Shown: positions 16,903 through 27,614 of the stretch, piece after piece
Numbering within the stretch: the first letter of the stretch is position 1
Layout of the letters: each line of letters opens with the position of its first letter
NCBI RefSeq assembly: GCF_000196355.1
Contig: NC_007614.1
Location: 1,590,001-1,622,000 of the forward strand
Reading direction: 5' to 3'
Source of the DNA: Nitrosospira multiformis ATCC 25196
Lineage (GTDB): Bacteria; Pseudomonadota; Gammaproteobacteria; Burkholderiales; Nitrosomonadaceae
Length of the DNA stretch: 32,000 nt
The notes under the pieces: model-generated
The model's database searches: none
Seen by the model: only the letters and a program-made list of their open reading frames with translations
What the model was told of the DNA's origin: nothing
Made by a program: the position numbers and the translations under genes

Positions 16903-19900
16903 CTACCTTCTGTGTTGCATCAGCCGTATCAGTCGCTGCATGGTTCCATCGACTGCCTTCGATTGTTGCGCGAGCGCGTTACTCACGCTGGCAACAGCTT
17001 TCTCCACCATGAAGAGCGTAACCAAAGCATCGGTTACTCCGGCATCAGCGGGGAACAGGGAATTTCCCTTCATCGCCCTGCGATAGCTTTTGAGGAAATC
17101 GCCGCTGGCAAGCACTCGCCATTTATCAGCTTGTTGTGCAAGCATAATGGTTGATTCCGGATATTCATCCGTGACATGCTCCAGTGCCGCTGCCGCCACC
17201 TCGGAAAACGAAAACAGCATACCTGCCACATCGCGGAGGGGACTCTGTTTCCAGCGGCGCTCACGCCATGCGCGTTCGGCACCGCCGCCGTAATTCGTAA
17301 TCAGAAAATCATTATTCGAGAGCCACACCTGACGCAGGCTGTAATCCCCATGACAACGCGCCTTCAAGGCCTGGGGATGTATGGCTGCAAGGCGGGTGAT
17401 ACGACGGTAGAATTTCGACCGGGCTGATAAAAGATCGTTGCCGGCCTCCTGCGCGGATTTGGGTACATCCGGCCATTTCGCTTCCAGCAATTTGTACATT
17501 TCATCCATCTGCGCACGCACGGTGCTCGCCCACTGCGCAAGATCTTCGGAGGTAATGGGCTCGACGCCGAAAGCTCCCTCTGCATCATCCTGCGCAAGTG
17601 CCCGGTGAAATTCCGCCGTACGCAATCCCAGCGTATTGATGAGGGTCATGTAGGCAATATGCCGCGAATCAATGGGACGCTTTTGTTGTGTGCGGCATTC
17701 ATCCAGGTAGCGTTGCAGATAGTCCTGTGTATAAGCCCAGGCGCTACCCTGATTCTCGGCGTAGTGCTCGAGGATTGCCAGAGTGGAATTGCCTTCCTCA
17801 CTGTCCGTGTACTCCACGGTGCCGGCGAGTTGCGCCATGTGGGTAAATTTTGCCGTCTCCGTCAGAAAACGCGACATCTCCAGCTCGGGATGCACGCCGG
17901 GAAGAAGCCAGCGGTATCCTTTCAGTACCAGCCGGTCGCCCATGTTCACGAACAATCGCCCTCTCTCCGAAACTGTCCGGGTCACCGTTGTTGACGCGCC
18001 TGAAACCACCGGGCCGGGAAAAGCGGTGGTCGCATGGAAAGATACTTGCCCCCGCTTAAACAGGAGTGCGGAACCCTCATGCATGCTGGAGATCACGGCG
18101 CGGCAGAAGCCGTCATCCCAGAAGGCGTCGAACAGCACGCCCGTCCGCTCCCGGCGGCGAACCTTGGCAAGCGTGGCATGCAGCAGCGTGCTCACAATCG
18201 CCTCATCCTCGTCCTCCCACACCAGTGCCAAAGGCACGGCAAAGCGATAAGTCTCATCATTGGCCAGCGTTAAAACAACGGTGGCAAGCAGCCAGCTTCC
18301 CTGCTCCGCGGACCACTCGTGCATCTCCCCCAGCTCAAATTTTCTGACGGGGAGATTTCGCATCAAAAACCAGGGTTGGGAATAAAAGAAGCGAGGCATG
18401 ATCTGCTCCTCGAGCTGTTGGCGGGCACGACGAGCCATCAGGTCTTTCATGCCCCCGTTACCCTCGCCCCGGTTCAACAGGGTGCCCCAACCCGAATCCA
18501 CAAGCACAAGGACAGGCAGATCCGGCGATACCTGCCGCTCCTCATGCCAGGCAGGGGCGGCCACATCGGCTGTCAGGCGAAAAGCATAAAAGCCATGAGC
18601 GCTCAAGGTAAGAAGATACGGCAGCTCACCCACGGGTGGGAAAGGCGTGCGCCCCATCAATTCAACCGGTACCCTTCCCCTGAATTGGCTTAAATCCAGC
18701 TCTACCGGCTGCGCGACGCGGGACAGATTAGCCACGCACAGAATCGTTTCATCCTCATGCTCACGCAGATAAGCAAGAATCTTGCGATTGCCAGGCCGTA
18801 AAAAACGCAGCGTGCCCCGGCCAAAGGTCCGGTGTGCCTTGCGCATCGCAATCAGGCGCTTCATCCAGTTGAGCAGGGATGACGAATTCCGTCTCTGTGA
18901 GTCCACGTTCACTGCCCCAAACCCATATACGGGGTCGATGATGGCCGGCAGGAAAAGCCGTTGAGAATCAGCCGTTGAAAATCCGCCGTTAACTGCACCC
19001 GACCACTGCATGGGCGTGCGCACCCCATTTCGATCACCGAGGAGAAGGTCATCACCCATACCGATTTCATCTCCGTAGTAGAGCACGGGCGACCCTGGCA
19101 TGGTCATGAGCAGCAGATTCATCAATTCGATTCGGTGCCGGTCATTGTCCATCAGCGGCGCCAGACGCCGGCGAATACCGAGATGCAGGCGGGCCTGAGG
19201 GTCGATTGCGTAGGTCTGGTGAAGATAATCCCGCTCGCGGTCGGTGACCATCTCCAATGTCAGTTCGTCGTGATTGCGCAGAAACACTGCCCACTGACAA
19301 TTCTCGGGGATGTCTGGTGTCTGCTCCATGATCTCTACAATGGGATGACGATCTTCGCGCGCAATAGCCATGTACATTCGCGGCATGAGTGGGAAATGGA
19401 AAGCCATATGGCATTCGTCGCCCTCGCCAAAATACTCGCGTACATCCTCCGGCCACTGGTTCGCCTCAGCCAGGAACATCCGGTTGCGGTAGTGTTTATC
19501 CAGTTCGGAGCGCATGCGTTTGATCACCGCATGAGTTTCCGGCAGGTTTTCGCAGTTGGTCCCCTCACGCTCGCACAGATAAGGCATGGCATCCAGCCGC
19601 ATGCCATCGACACCGGCGTCCAGCCAAAGCCGCATCACATGCATCATGGCGTTAAAGACATGGGGGTTATCAAAATTCAAGTCCGGTTGATGGAAAAAAA
19701 AGCGGTGCCAGTAATAGGCCTGGGCTACATCATCCCATTCCCAGTTGGATCCCTCTGTGTCCGTGAAAATACTGCGTGCACCGCTGTACTTGGTGTTGTC
19801 GTCGCTCCATACGTAATAGTCGCGCTTGACGGACCCAGGTGGGGCGCGGCGCGCTGCCTGAAACCATGGATGTTGATCGGAAGTATGATTGAGCACCAGT

Positions 19901-20205
19901 TCCGTGATTACGCGTAAACCTCGACTGTGAGCTTCCGCGATAAACCGGTGAAAGTCCTCCAGGGTGCCGACATCCGGGTGCACATTGTGATAATCGGAAA
20001 TATCGTAACCGTCATCCCGTCCCGGAGACGGATAAAATGGAAGAAGCCAGAGCGCGGTAACGCCCAGTTCCGCCAGATAGTCGAGCTTGGAAATCAGGCC
20101 CGAAAAGTCTCCTATGCCGTCGCCATTGCTGTCGAAGAATGTCTTGACGTGCAATTCATAGATAATGGCATCCTTGTACCAGAGCGGGTCTTCTTCTCGT
20201 CCCAT
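16903..20205 (-). CDS. treS: Trehalose synthase fused to maltokinase (TreS-Pep2/Mak)
   Basis: 1100 aa. The TreS half shows [67 protein letters not shown] and [13 protein letters not shown]. The C-terminal kinase half includes the [23 protein letters not shown] catalytic-loop region. Confidence 0.95.
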   Translation of the reverse strand: MGREEDPLWYKDAIIYELHVKTFFDSNGDGIGDFSGLISKLDYLAELGVTALWLLPFYPSPGRDDGYDISDYHNVHPDVGTLEDFHRFIAEAHSRGLRVITELVLNHTSDQHPWFQAARRAPPGSVKRDYYVWSDDNTKYSGARSIFTDTEGSNWEWDDVAQAYYWHRFFFHQPDLNFDNPHVFNAMMHVMRLWLDAGVDGMRLDAMPYLCEREGTNCENLPETHAVIKRMRSELDKHYRNRMFLAEANQWPEDVREYFGEGDECHMAFHFPLMPRMYMAIAREDRHPIVEIMEQTPDIPENCQWAVFLRNHDELTLEMVTDRERDYLHQTYAIDPQARLHLGIRRRLAPLMDNDRHRIELMNLLLMTMPGSPVLYYGDEIGMGDDLLLGDRNGVRTPMQWSGAVNGGFSTADSQRLFLPAIIDPVYGFGAVNVDSQRRNSSSLLNWMKRLIAMRKAHRTFGRGTLRFLRPGNRKILAYLREHEDETILCVANLSRVAQPVELDLSQFRGRVPVELMGRTPFPPVGELPYLLTLSAHGFYAFRLTADVAAPAWHEERQVSPDLPVLVLVDSGWGTLLNRGEGNGGMKDLMARRARQQLEEQIMPRFFYSQPWFLMRNLPVRKFELGEMHEWSAEQGSWLLATVVLTLANDETYRFAVPLALVWEDEDEAIVSTLLHATLAKVRRRERTGVLFDAFWDDGFCRAVISSMHEGSALLFKRGQVSFHATTAFPGPVVSGASTTVTRTVSERGRLFVNMGDRLVLKGYRWLLPGVHPELEMSRFLTETAKFTHMAQLAGTVEYTDSEEGNSTLAILEHYAENQGSAWAYTQDYLQRYLDECRTQQKRPIDSRHIAYMTLINTLGLRTAEFHRALAQDDAEGAFGVEPITSEDLAQWASTVRAQMDEMYKLLEAKWPDVPKSAQEAGNDLLSARSKFYRRITRLAAIHPQALKARCHGDYSLRQVWLSNNDFLITNYGGGAERAWRERRWKQSPLRDVAGMLFSFSEVAAAALEHVTDEYPESTIMLAQQADKWRVLASGDFLKSYRRAMKGNSLFPADAGVTDALVTLFMVEKAVASVSNALAQQSKAVDGTMQRLIRLMQHRR

Positions 20206-20206
20206 G

Positions 20207-20593
20207 CTATTTCGACCAGGCTTTCTGTTTCAGATGAACAGAAGCTCTTCTGGCAGCCTCCGCGGCTCTTGTAAAGTTCCCTTTTTTCGCTTCCCCGATC
20301 GCCTTATCCATTTCTTCGAATGTCTCCATATCATGTTCCGCTTTCGGAAACTGTCCATATATCGATATGAACGGCTGGGTATAAGGATGTTCGTGGTTTT
20401 CCTCGATCAGGTGCTTCTTCGCTTTTTCAGTATGTGCGATAACGCCTCCTGCGTCCTCATTTTCAGCATTTCTGACTGCCAGCCCCAATTCCTGAAGCGC
20501 CTTGTCCTCATGTTCATCTGTAGCATAATCCATCGTAGAACATCCTGCGAGAAAAGCAAAAGCGATGAAGCTGCACGAGAATGGCTTTTTCAT
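20207..20593 (-). CDS. His/Glu-rich helical lipoprotein, tentatively SmbP-like small metal-binding protein
   Basis: [18 protein letters not shown] carries the canonical lipobox LAGC. The mature part has [20 protein letters not shown] and [35 protein letters not shown] resembles the A..HA.EAV.H...GHA....H...A.KH repeat of Nitrosomonas SmbP as I remember it. Its stop lies 1 nt before the treS ATG. Confidence 0.6.
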   Translation of the reverse strand: MKKPFSCSFIAFAFLAGCSTMDYATDEHEDKALQELGLAVRNAENEDAGGVIAHTEKAKKHLIEENHEHPYTQPFISIYGQFPKAEHDMETFEEMDKAIGEAKKGNFTRAAEAARRASVHLKQKAWSK

Positions 20594-20965
20594 GACATCT
20601 CTCCTGGTGAACGAATCCTGGAGGCTTGCCCCTTGTCGGACTCATTGTAAGGGGCGTAACCGAGGTCCGTACAGTAGGGCTTTAAAACTTCTGCGCGGGC
20701 TCATTTCAGAGTTATACGGTTCACAGGGTGATGCAGAAATCTGAATGCCGGATATAAAACACCTCCGTCAACGCTGGGACATATTGATACTGCCCCCTGC
20801 CCTCCATCTTCAATGCGTTTATTTCATTTCCCCCATCATCTATCCGGGAATCCGGGAGCCTTTGCCACATCCGGGTTTGCCTCCACACCCTGCTTATAGC
20901 TTAGCGGTTAGCAATCTTGGCAATTACCCTGGAGTCCGCGCTACCCATAATAATAGGGAGGTGTT

Positions 20966-23900
20966 TCATATTCTTCGAGTTCCCTTTTGTGTTCTTGCAC
21001 GCATAAGCGCTTGCCTTTTGCTGTCGCCTCGTACAGTGACTCCCTTGACCAGACCAAAGACGGCCGGAAATACAATCAGCGTCAGTACTGTAGTGGAAAC
21101 CATTCCTCCCACCATGGGGGTGGCTATGTGCCGTGTCAACTCAGAGCCCGTGCCTGTACTGAACATGACGGGAAGCAATCCAACGACGCTTCCCGAGATG
21201 GTCATCATCACCGGACGTATCCGGTATACCGCACCCTGGATCACTGCCTCGTAAAGATCTTCAACGGTCACTTTTTCGCCTGCGGCTTGCCGCATCGCCG
21301 TGATACTCGCCAACGCCCGATCGAGGAAAGTGAGCATGACCATTCCTGTTTCAGTCGCGATACCGATGAGCCCGATAAAGCCAACCGCCGCTGCGATGCT
21401 CATGTTGTAGTTGAGCAGATACATGAGCCAGATGCCGCCGACCAAGGAAAAAGGGACCGAAAGCATGACGATCAGGGTCTCGGTGAGTCGATGAAAGTTT
21501 AGATATACAAGCAGGAATACGATCAGAGCGGTGAGCGGCACGACTACCTTCAGTTTTTCGGCAGCACGTTCCATGTATTCGAACTGACCACTCCAGGTTG
21601 CGTAATACCCCGGCGGAAACCGCACCTGCTCACGTACCGCTTGCTGGGCTTCCGCAACATAGCCGCCGATGTCGCGCTCGCGGATATCGACGAAGATGTA
21701 AGCCGACAGTAGCGCGTTCTCCGTGCGGATACTCGGCGGGCCTTGAAGGAGTTTCACCTGCGCAAGTTGCCCGAGCGGGATCATGCCCTGATCCATGGTA
21801 GGTATCAACACCTGGGTAGCGATTGCCTGGGGATCACTGCGCAATGCACGTGGATAGCGCACAGTGACAGTGAAGCGTTCCCGCCCTTCCACAGTGGTGG
21901 TTACCGTTTCGCCGGCCAGTGCCACCGAGATTACATCCAGCAAATCACCTACGGCAAGTCCATAGCGGGCAAGCGCCATACGGTCCGGCTGGATGTCGAG
22001 GTAATAACCGCCGGTAATGCGTTCCGCATAGACACTCGTCGTTCCAGGCACTGTTTTTACCGCCCTCTCGATCTGTCTGGCAAGGATTTCGATTTCCTCC
22101 AGATCCGAACCGAACACTTTGACGCCAATGGGCGTGCGTATGCCTGTGGCAAGCATATCGGTCCGGTTCTTGATCGGCATGGTCCAGGCATTGCTCACTC
22201 CTGGCATCTGGAGCGCCCGGTCCATTTCAGCGATCAACTTATCCATGCTCATCCCGGGGCGCCATTCAGCCTCCGGTTTCAGGTTGATGATGGTTTCACC
22301 CATCTCCAGAGGCGCCGGGTCGGTAGCAGTATTGGCCCGCCCCGCTTTCCCGAGCACTGATGCCACCTCCGGAAAGCTTTTGATGATCTTGTCCTGCGTC
22401 TGCAATATCTCGGCCGCCTTCGTCACGGAAATGCCTGGCAGGGTCACCGGCATGAAAAGCAAAGTGCCCTCATTCAGGGTGGGCATGAACTCCGTGCCGA
22501 GCTTGAGTGCCGGATAGACAGTTACTCCAAGTACTGCAAGTGCCGCCAGAATGATCGCCTTTTTCCAGTGCATTACCCAATCCATCACCCGACGATAGGT
22601 CCAGATCATGATACGGCCCAACGGATTATCCTGCTCATGCGGGATGCGGCCACGAACCAGGAGCAGGATCAGGGCCGGAACGAGGGTGATGGAAAGTATC
22701 GCGGCGCCCGCCATGGCGAAAGTCTTGGTATAGGCGAGTGGCTGGAACATGCGCCCTTCCTGCGCTTCGAGGGCAAATACAGGCAGGAACGATACCGTGA
22801 TGATCAACAGGCTGAAGAACAACGATGGGCCAACTTCCTTACAAGCATCAATGACGGCCTCTTTGCGTACTGTACTTGAAACTTCCGAGCCAGCGCGCGC
22901 AAGATGCTTGTGTGCATTCTCGATCATGACGATCGCTGCATCGGTCATTTCAGCAATCGCGAGAGCGATCCCTGCAAGGCTCATGATGTTGGAATTGATG
23001 CCAAGGAACCGCATTGCGATGAAAGCGATGAGTACGCCGATGGGGAGCATGATGATCGCCACCAGGGCGCTCCGCACGTGCATGAGGAAGACCGCGCAAA
23101 CCAGCGCTACAATAATGATCTGCTCGGTCAACACCTCACGCAGCGTCGTGATGGCGCGCTGGATCAGATCCGAGCGGTCGTAGAGGGACCGGATTGAAAC
23201 ACCTTCCGGCAAGGCCGGCATGATCTCGGCGATTTTCTTTTCGAGATTGCGTGTGATATCGAGAGCATGTTCGCCATGCCGCGCCACTGCAATACCCGAG
23301 ACAGCTTCTCCTTCGCCGTCAAGCTCGATGATCCCGCGGCGCTCTTCCGGAACCAATTCCACCCGCGCGATATCACGCAGCAGAACGGGAGTACCCTTCT
23401 CAGCCTTGACGACCAGTTTCTCCAAATCCTCGACGTCACGTAGATACCCCCTGCCCCGTACCATGTATTCGGTTTCCGTCATCTCGATCACGCGCCCGCC
23501 GACGTCGCGATTGCTGGCAGCGATAACCTCGGATACCCTTCTGAGCGGTATACCATACGCTTGCAATTGCCGCGGATTTACCGTTACCTGATAGCTCCGT
23601 ACAAATCCGCCGATGCTGGCTACTTCCGCCACGCCTTCCGCTGCTGTCAACTGATAACGCAAGAACCAGTCCTGGATTGCGCGCAACTCGTCCAGTGCAC
23701 GATCCCGCGCGGTTACGACATATTGGTAGACCCAGCCTACCCCGGTTGCATCCGGACCAAGGGAAGGCTGCACATTTTGTGGCAGGCGGCCTGCCGCGAA
23801 GTTAAGATATTCCAATATGCGCGAGCGTGCCCAATAGATGTCTGTGCCATCCTCGAAGATGACGTATACGAACGACACGCCAAAACTGGAGAAACCACGC

Positions 23901-24145
23901 ACTACCCTGGATTTCGGCACACTCAGCATGGCAGTGGTGAGCGGGTAGGTAACCTGGTCTTCGACGACCTGGGGGGCCTGGCCCGGATATTCCGTATAAA
24001 TGATGACCTGCACGTCCGAAAGATCCGGAATCGCATCCACTGGGGTCTTCCATACTGAATATAAGCCCCAGACTATTACGAAGAATGTCCCGACCAGCAC
24101 CAGGAAGAGGTGCCGTACCGACCATTCGATGATATTGCCGGCCAT
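20966..24145 (-). CDS. cusA: Cu(I)/Ag(I) efflux RND permease CusA
   Basis: Track ORF trimmed to ATG 24145 (MAGNIIEWSVRH...). AIPDLSDVQVIIYTEYPGQAPQVVEDQVTYPLTTAMLSVP is near-identical to the E. coli CusA block. At 1059 aa it has a length typical of 12-TM RND permeases. Confidence 0.95.
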   Translation of the reverse strand: MAGNIIEWSVRHLFLVLVGTFFVIVWGLYSVWKTPVDAIPDLSDVQVIIYTEYPGQAPQVVEDQVTYPLTTAMLSVPKSRVVRGFSSFGVSFVYVIFEDGTDIYWARSRILEYLNFAAGRLPQNVQPSLGPDATGVGWVYQYVVTARDRALDELRAIQDWFLRYQLTAAEGVAEVASIGGFVRSYQVTVNPRQLQAYGIPLRRVSEVIAASNRDVGGRVIEMTETEYMVRGRGYLRDVEDLEKLVVKAEKGTPVLLRDIARVELVPEERRGIIELDGEGEAVSGIAVARHGEHALDITRNLEKKIAEIMPALPEGVSIRSLYDRSDLIQRAITTLREVLTEQIIIVALVCAVFLMHVRSALVAIIMLPIGVLIAFIAMRFLGINSNIMSLAGIALAIAEMTDAAIVMIENAHKHLARAGSEVSSTVRKEAVIDACKEVGPSLFFSLLIITVSFLPVFALEAQEGRMFQPLAYTKTFAMAGAAILSITLVPALILLLVRGRIPHEQDNPLGRIMIWTYRRVMDWVMHWKKAIILAALAVLGVTVYPALKLGTEFMPTLNEGTLLFMPVTLPGISVTKAAEILQTQDKIIKSFPEVASVLGKAGRANTATDPAPLEMGETIINLKPEAEWRPGMSMDKLIAEMDRALQMPGVSNAWTMPIKNRTDMLATGIRTPIGVKVFGSDLEEIEILARQIERAVKTVPGTTSVYAERITGGYYLDIQPDRMALARYGLAVGDLLDVISVALAGETVTTTVEGRERFTVTVRYPRALRSDPQAIATQVLIPTMDQGMIPLGQLAQVKLLQGPPSIRTENALLSAYIFVDIRERDIGGYVAEAQQAVREQVRFPPGYYATWSGQFEYMERAAEKLKVVVPLTALIVFLLVYLNFHRLTETLIVMLSVPFSLVGGIWLMYLLNYNMSIAAAVGFIGLIGIATETGMVMLTFLDRALASITAMRQAAGEKVTVEDLYEAVIQGAVYRIRPVMMTISGSVVGLLPVMFSTGTGSELTRHIATPMVGGMVSTTVLTLIVFPAVFGLVKGVTVRGDSKRQALMRARTQKGTRRI

Positions 24146-24146
24146 C

Positions 24147-25769
24147 TCAGGGCTTCTTTCCGTGATCGGCAGCGCTGGCCTGGGGCTGTATACGCACAAT
24201 AACGTATTCGCCCGGCGATGCTTCCGTTATCTCGAAAGCAACCTTCTGGCCGGGTTTCAACATCCGTAGTAACGCTGGGTCCAGAACCTTGAAGTCCATC
24301 AACATCTCCGGCCAGGCGAGGCTTGCGATCGGGCGGTGGGCAAGAGTCAGGGTTGTATTGGCCACATCGATCGCTTCGATGATGCCTTCCCCGCGATGGC
24401 TCGATGAAGATGGGGACGGGGATGAAGGTACAGTTCCGGATGAGCCAGAGGCGGTCCGGCCTCCCTCCCTCTCTTCACCAGGCATCGAGGCTTGGCTGCT
24501 GCGGGTAAAACTGCTCAGTGCAGCCTTGAGGTTGCTTTCGGCATCTATGAGAAAATTGGCTTTCACCACAATCATTTCCCCAGTCTTCAGTCCCCCCAGA
24601 ACTTCCACATAGTCGTCCGCGTGCTTGCCCAGCTTCACGAGTCTCGGTTCAAAGCGGCCTTCGCCGAGATCCACCAGCACAGACTGCCTGGTACCGGCAT
24701 CGAGTACGGCCGATTCGGGGACGGCGAGCACTCTGTCCTTACGTTGGATTGAACCAAACTCCACTTTCGCGTACATCGCCGGTTTCAGCAACTCCTGTGG
24801 ATTGGGCAGCTCCATGCGAACCTTGGCTGTGCGGGTTTCCGGATTGACCGTGGGGTATATGAACGTCACCTCGCCTGGGAACACCTTGTCCGGATAGGCC
24901 TCAACCCGAATGGCGGCAGCCTGCCCCGGTTGTATCGTGGCAAGATCCTGCTCAAACACGTCTGCGAGCACCCATACTCTGGAGAGATCCGCAATCTGAT
25001 ACAAAATCTCTCCCGCCATGAAGCGCTGTCCCTGAATCGCCCGTTTCTCCAAAACCACGCCGCTTGCCGGAGAACGAAATATGACGGAATGTGTAAACTT
25101 GCCTTCCTGCTGGAGTGTCTTCAGATCGGCCGCGGATATGTCCCAATTGCGCAGTCTCTGCAAGGCACTCTCAGCTAGTCGTTCCATCCCCGCCCGAACC
25201 TCAAGGCCGCCATCCTCCACGTCCTTTGTTCCTCTCCGGGCGATAAGATATTCATGCTGGGCTGTGATCAGGTCGGGACTATACACGTCCATCAATGGAT
25301 CACCCTTTCTGACCATCTGTCCCGTCGTGTTGACGTGGAGCCGCTCGATCCATCCCTCGAACCTGGGGGCCACGACGTAGAGCCGTCGTTCATCCGCCTG
25401 CACTGTCGCTACCGCCCTTACGGTGCGGCTGAGTTCGCGCATGCCGACCCGCTCGGTTCTTACTCCCAGTTTTTGTATCCTCTCGACGCCGATCTTGACT
25501 GCCGCATCGGCGGAAGTGGATTCCTCGTCCTCGTAAACAGGTATGTAGTCCATGCCCATGGGATCTTTTTTAGGTATCGGCGAAGTGTCCGGCAGCCCCA
25601 TGGGGTTGCGATAATAGAGAATCCTCCTTTCAGGCTTACCGCCGACTGAAACCACACTCGAGGCCTTGGCGGCAGAAGTCGAAGGCCGGATTGCGCCCCA
25701 CCAATAGCCGGCGACAAACAAGATTGCAGCCAGGGCAACAAAAGCTGTTAATTTGACACCAAGCTTCAC
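24147..25769 (-). CDS. cusB: Cu/Ag efflux periplasmic adaptor CusB with a C-terminal CusF-like metallochaperone domain
   Basis: The GTG start overlaps the cusC stop (GTGA). The N-terminal Met motif is YYRNPMGLPDTSPIPKKDPMGMDYIPVY, followed by an RND adaptor core. A Ser/Pro linker leads to LTLAHRPIASLAWPEMLMDFKV, which matches E. coli CusF ITIHHDPIAAVNWPEMTMRFTI. Confidence 0.9.
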   Translation of the reverse strand: MKLGVKLTAFVALAAILFVAGYWWGAIRPSTSAAKASSVVSVGGKPERRILYYRNPMGLPDTSPIPKKDPMGMDYIPVYEDEESTSADAAVKIGVERIQKLGVRTERVGMRELSRTVRAVATVQADERRLYVVAPRFEGWIERLHVNTTGQMVRKGDPLMDVYSPDLITAQHEYLIARRGTKDVEDGGLEVRAGMERLAESALQRLRNWDISAADLKTLQQEGKFTHSVIFRSPASGVVLEKRAIQGQRFMAGEILYQIADLSRVWVLADVFEQDLATIQPGQAAAIRVEAYPDKVFPGEVTFIYPTVNPETRTAKVRMELPNPQELLKPAMYAKVEFGSIQRKDRVLAVPESAVLDAGTRQSVLVDLGEGRFEPRLVKLGKHADDYVEVLGGLKTGEMIVVKANFLIDAESNLKAALSSFTRSSQASMPGEEREGGRTASGSSGTVPSSPSPSSSSHRGEGIIEAIDVANTTLTLAHRPIASLAWPEMLMDFKVLDPALLRMLKPGQKVAFEITEASPGEYVIVRIQPQASAADHGKKP

Positions 25770-27166
25770 AGGTGCTCCTTTGACATCAGCTCCCGGGGAA
25801 TAGGTAATAAGTTGTCTGGCGATTTACCAGTGAGCAGATCGATCTCCGCAAGCGCCTTGTTGTAACTTGCTATGGTCGTCGCCAGGCTGATTTCGGAGTT
25901 GAATACCGTCATCTGACTGTCGAGCAGTGTCATGAAATCGACCCGATTAACCCGATAAGCCGCCAGGGTGGATTCGACCGTAAGCCGTGCCTGGGGCAGA
26001 ATGGCTGTCTGGTAGAGCCGCGCAGATTTCAGGGTTTGCTCGGCTAATGCTGCCTGCTGGCGCAGTCTTGCCGCCACCTCATTGCGTTGCGCTTCATAAG
26101 TGCTCCGCGCCTGATCACGCATCGCCAGTGACTCCGCTTCGCGTGGCTCGAGTTTGCCGGCACGCCACAAGGGAAGGTTCATTGCCACCGTTAGGCTTAC
26201 CATGTCCGGGCGCCGGCTGTTGTCCAGCATGTTGTCGCGTTGACCGTAAGACATACGCACGTCGAAGTCGGGATAATAATTTTTGCGCGTGAGTTCCAGC
26301 GATTTATCGTTGCGGGCAACAAGGCTTTGCAGCGCCCGCAACTGGGGGCGTTGGGTCAGGGCAGCCTCGAGCAACAGTTCCAGGCTCAGGATTTCCTCAT
26401 GCAATTGCGGCGGTGGGGGTACTGGCAACAGCTTATTCCCGGTTCGGCCAAGGGCGCGTGTCAGCTCAGCTTCGATTACCGGTCTTTCTCTTGCAAGCTT
26501 CAGCAGCTCATTCGCCATTCCGGATACCTGCGTCTGGGCCTTTAGCACATCGGCCTGGTTTCCTCGTCCTACCGCATAGTGATCTTCAGCAATATGGAGA
26601 AGCTCTTCCAGGATGAGCTTGTTTTTTTCGACCAGGCGGGTCATTTCAAGGGTGAGGCCCAGATCGAGATACGAGATCTTGATATCACGTACAACACGGT
26701 TGATGGTCTCCTGATAACCATATTCAATGGCCTCTGCATCCCTGGTGGCGATATCTTTACGCAAACCGCGTTTCCCTGGAAAAGGGAAACGCTGGGACAG
26801 ACCAATCATTTTCATGGTCATGTCCTCACGGTTAAAAGTGGAAGATGCCAGCGGGGCATTGATCACCCCTGCTTCCAGAACAGGATCCTCCAGTGCTTCC
26901 GCAGGCGATATTCTCTGGTGGGCAGCCTCTCGTTCCCGCAATGCAGCCTGGATTTCCGGATTGTTCTCCAGAGCTTCTGCAATCAGGGTGGCCAGGATAG
27001 CCAGGGAAGCTGAGTTTTGGGGATGGCTCGTCGCAAAATTTTCCGCAGATTGTTCTGGAGCAGCCTGTGGAAACGTTCCTCTACCTGCCGGAGGCAAAAC
27101 TTCCGCACAGGCCAGTGTAGAAAGTATGACGGCGGCAAGTACCGGGGTGATTCCAATGGGAATCAT
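25766..27166 (-). CDS. cusC: TolC-family outer-membrane efflux factor (CusC-like)
   Basis: 466 aa with GGGGAGG upstream and a signal peptide. Typical OMF repeats are present (LTLEEALRLALENNPE-like ATLIAEALENNPEIQAAL, and LDLLDAQ-like DFMTLLDSQ). It is operonic with cusBA. Confidence 0.85.
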   Translation of the reverse strand: MIPIGITPVLAAVILSTLACAEVLPPAGRGTFPQAAPEQSAENFATSHPQNSASLAILATLIAEALENNPEIQAALREREAAHQRISPAEALEDPVLEAGVINAPLASSTFNREDMTMKMIGLSQRFPFPGKRGLRKDIATRDAEAIEYGYQETINRVVRDIKISYLDLGLTLEMTRLVEKNKLILEELLHIAEDHYAVGRGNQADVLKAQTQVSGMANELLKLARERPVIEAELTRALGRTGNKLLPVPPPPQLHEEILSLELLLEAALTQRPQLRALQSLVARNDKSLELTRKNYYPDFDVRMSYGQRDNMLDNSRRPDMVSLTVAMNLPLWRAGKLEPREAESLAMRDQARSTYEAQRNEVAARLRQQAALAEQTLKSARLYQTAILPQARLTVESTLAAYRVNRVDFMTLLDSQMTVFNSEISLATTIASYNKALAEIDLLTGKSPDNLLPIPRELMSKEHL

Positions 27167-27335
27167 TGCGCCTCCCCTGTCCTGCCGGGGTTTGCCTCTG
27201 CCTTTTGACGAGGATGTAATCGAACCTGATTTTTCAAGGAAGAATGCCGCTCCACGCCTTCCTTGGCCTGTTCAGCCAAAGCGCTCTCCCTCAGTCGAAA
27301 AAATATTGCCATCCTGGCAGGGATAGGATCATGGT

Positions 27336-27614
27336 TTATCCTGCCGAGGGCTTGATCCGGTCAACTTTCACTATTATTCCCCTGCTTGGAATAAGATTCG
27401 CAGGTGTAGCTGTCTTCGTAGCCCGGGCGCACTCAACTATTGTTTTTTTGTCCTTCGCTGGTTCAAAGTTCTGCTTGTGGAATACTCGATCATTAAACAA
27501 TACTCGCTCATACATCACTCTCAAGTGCCTGGGTAGATAGGCACGCAAAGTATTGGCGCCAGTTGCAGTACAGCGAAGAGTGGCGTAATCATCCTGACTT
27601 CCTTGAATACACAT
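27336..27614 (-). CDS. Hypothetical 92-aa ORF; coding status uncertain
   Basis: This is the only ORF of useful length in the 590-nt cusC upstream region. I recognise no motif, there is no clear RBS, and local GC is lower than in flanking genes. Confidence 0.25.
   Translation of the reverse strand: MCIQGSQDDYATLRCTATGANTLRAYLPRHLRVMYERVLFNDRVFHKQNFEPAKDKKTIVECARATKTATPANLIPSRGIIVKVDRIKPSAG

Noticed and set aside
20594-20965. The cusA / lipoprotein gap contains a tandem ATCCGGGA-ATCCGGGA plus a third CATCCGGGT copy, a 7-bp hairpin GCCCCTT/AAGGGGC, and TTGACG promoter-like hexamers.
   Set aside because: The repeats are short, the hairpin has no T-tract, and no -10 element sits at proper spacing from the -35-like hexamer. 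I could not build a convincing promoter or terminator from them.
27205-27220. TTGACGAGGATGTAAT, 40-55 nt upstream of the cusC ATG. It is reminiscent of OmpR-family 'copper box' half-sites (TGAC.. / TGTAAT).
   Set aside because: I cannot recall the CusR/CopR consensus precisely enough to score it. The site is so close to the start codon that it would leave almost no 5'UTR. No cusRS genes are present in the window.
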